Shown: piece by piece, positions 55,263-64,000 of the stretch | Layout: every line of letters starts with the position of its first letter | Position numbering within the stretch: the stretch's first letter is position 1 | Assembly (NCBI GenBank): GCA_043814985.1 | Contig: JBDRJK010000019.1 | Coordinates: 56,561-120,560 of the forward strand | DNA: 64,000 nt | Reading direction: 5' to 3' | From: Candidatus Aenigmatarchaeota archaeon | GTDB taxonomy: Archaea > Aenigmatarchaeota > Aenigmatarchaeia > Aenigmatarchaeales > Aenigmatarchaeaceae | Notes under the pieces: generated by a model | Database searches by the model: none | The model's input: only the letters and a program-made list of their open reading frames with translations | Told to the model about the DNA's origin: nothing | Translations under genes and position numbers: made by a program

Positions 55263-56459
55263 ATGATAGACCCGTACACAGTATCTGTTTTGTTATTCTT
55301 CGCACTTCTCGGAATCATAATATACAGGGACAGGAAGAACATTGACTTCAAGTATATCCTCCTGATGAGGAGAACCAAGAGGTTCAGTAAGATATTGGAC
55401 ACTATAGCTAAGAAGTCAGTTACTTTCTGGAAAGTCACAGGAACAATAGCCTTTGTGCTTTGCTTCCTTGTCATGATATACGGCACCTATACTATGATTA
55501 ACATTGCCTATCTGATTCAGACTGGTGTGATAGACCAGCCAGCGCTATCTTTTGCGCTTCCTGTTCCATCGGACCAGATGATTGTCTCGCCCGGTTTCAT
55601 AGGAATACCCTTCTGGATCTGGATAATAGTTATTACAATAATTTTGATACCTCATGAGGCTTTCCACGGCATAATAGCAAGGGCTGAGAAGATAAAACTG
55701 AAGGATGTCGGTCTCATGCTTTTGGCGATTTTCCCAGGCGCGTTCGTTGAGCCTGACGAAAAACAATTAAAGAAATCAAAGCTGATGACAAAACTGAGAA
55801 TTTTCTCTGCTGGAAGCTTCATCAACATTGTCATAGGAATGCTTGTGATAGTTCTGGTTCAGAGTCTTCTCTGGTCCCCGAATGTGGGCGGCATACTCAT
55901 AACAAACGTGAACGAGACATCACCTGCTTATGATATAGGCCTAGAAGAGGGAATGGTTATTGAGAGCATTGATGGAAAAGAACTAACCATGAATTTCGAT
56001 GAGTATTCCTTTTTGATACTTATGGTGTCAGGCTCAAACTCGGGAGACATCACGCAATACATATCCCAGCTGATTCTTTTCAGGGAGCTCAGTGCTTACA
56101 GCCCTGGAGACACTGTTAGTTTGAGAATTAGTGGAAACGATTATGATTTAACATTGGCTGAACACCCGGAGATAGAGGTGGAAGGCGGGTTCCCCTACAT
56201 AGGAGTAAACTCCAAGTTCAACGTAGCAGATGTCAACATGTTCTTTGTCCTGTTCCCGCTTTTGGGATTGATAGCAACCCTCAGCATGCTGGTCGGCGCC
56301 TTCAACATACTCCCTATATATCCTCTGGACGGTGGCTTGATAGTCCAGTCATTGGCTGAAAGGTTTGCAAAGAAAATATCAAAACAGATTGTTATTGGCG
56401 TAACAGCAGTAATGGTTGTTATAATAATATTCAGCTTTGTAGGTCCTCTGTTTCTATAG
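55263..56459 (+). CDS. Site-2 protease (peptidase M50) with PDZ domain
   Basis: HEAFHGIIA (HExxH) in TM helix, PDZ-like middle region, multi-TM. Confidence 0.8.
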   Translation: MIDPYTVSVLLFFALLGIIIYRDRKNIDFKYILLMRRTKRFSKILDTIAKKSVTFWKVTGTIAFVLCFLVMIYGTYTMINIAYLIQTGVIDQPALSFALPVPSDQMIVSPGFIGIPFWIWIIVITIILIPHEAFHGIIARAEKIKLKDVGLMLLAIFPGAFVEPDEKQLKKSKLMTKLRIFSAGSFINIVIGMLVIVLVQSLLWSPNVGGILITNVNETSPAYDIGLEEGMVIESIDGKELTMNFDEYSFLILMVSGSNSGDITQYISQLILFRELSAYSPGDTVSLRISGNDYDLTLAEHPEIEVEGGFPYIGVNSKFNVADVNMFFVLFPLLGLIATLSMLVGAFNILPIYPLDGGLIVQSLAERFAKKISKQIVIGVTAVMVVIIIFSFVGPLFL

Positions 56460-56848
56460 AACTTTCAGTTCCTTTATGTCGCTGTTCCTTTCCAAGAACT
56501 TTCTTATGACCTTTATGTTGCATCCGCCCTTGCCGATTATGGAGCCTCGGTTTTCAGAATTCAAAACAACAGTTGCCTTGCCGTCCTTTATCTCGATTTT
56601 CTTGGCCTTGGGTATCATGTTCTTTATGAATTCCTCGTCGTTCTCGTCCCACTCAAACACCTTTATTGGCTTTCTGAGCATCTTCTCTGCGCTCTTGATG
56701 TTGTAGCCGTTCTTGCCTATTGTCCTGGCCATCTTCCCGGGATTAACGAGAAAATAAAGAGTGTCAGAAAAAACACAGTCCCTAATTTCAGTTCCTGTTA
56801 TGTTCTCGAATGTTGCCATCAGTTTTATTGTGTCGTTGTCAAATTCTC

Positions 56849-56852
<4 letters not shown>
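56454..56852 (-). CDS. nusA: Archaeal NusA-like transcription factor (two KH domains)
   Basis: IGKNGYNIKSAEKML and IIGKGGCNIKVIRKFL KH motifs; conserved position after L30e/rpoA''. Confidence 0.75.
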
Positions 56853-63981
<7,129 letters not shown>

Positions 63982-64000
63982 GGAATCACTTCTTTTTGAC

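Overview
AT-rich (roughly 35-40% GC) archaeal chromosomal segment that mixes core information-processing genes with several accessory stretches.

Core content: (i) an RNA polymerase operon at the 3' end of the window, in which rpoB and rpoA' read as a single continuous 1911-codon ORF, followed by rpoA'', L30e and a NusA-type KH protein. (ii) Translation and SRP genes: aIF5B, aIF2-gamma, aIF6, SRP54, FtsY, prefoldin alpha, and r-proteins S6e, S19e, L21e, L31e, L39e and an S26e-like protein. (iii) RNA processing and modification: RtcB with archease, Trm1, Pus10 next to TrmY, YrdC/Sua5, class I LysRS, pyruvate phosphate dikinase. (iv) A contiguous supercluster at about 10.4-19.2 kb encoding the whole archaeal-type mevalonate pathway (polyprenyl synthase, MVK, UbiX, UbiD-like decarboxylase, AcnX large and small subunits, IPK, an IDI-1-like Nudix protein, IDI-2). 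(v) Eight tRNA genes, four with anticodon-loop introns (Tyr, Lys, Met, Trp), plus a stand-alone 5S rRNA.

Accessory content: a compact cassette of small overlapping genes (RHH and zinc-ribbon proteins) near the 5' end, lipoproteins, three GT2 glycosyltransferases, cysteine-rich secreted proteins, and two cargo segments downstream of tRNA-Leu, each ending in a copy of the tRNA-Leu 3' end (remnants of tRNA-targeted integrations). A PPOX-family gene is split by an in-frame TAG. Many genes carry a TATA box about 25 nt upstream of the start codon (leaderless-type promoters). No CRISPR array or recognisable defence system was seen.
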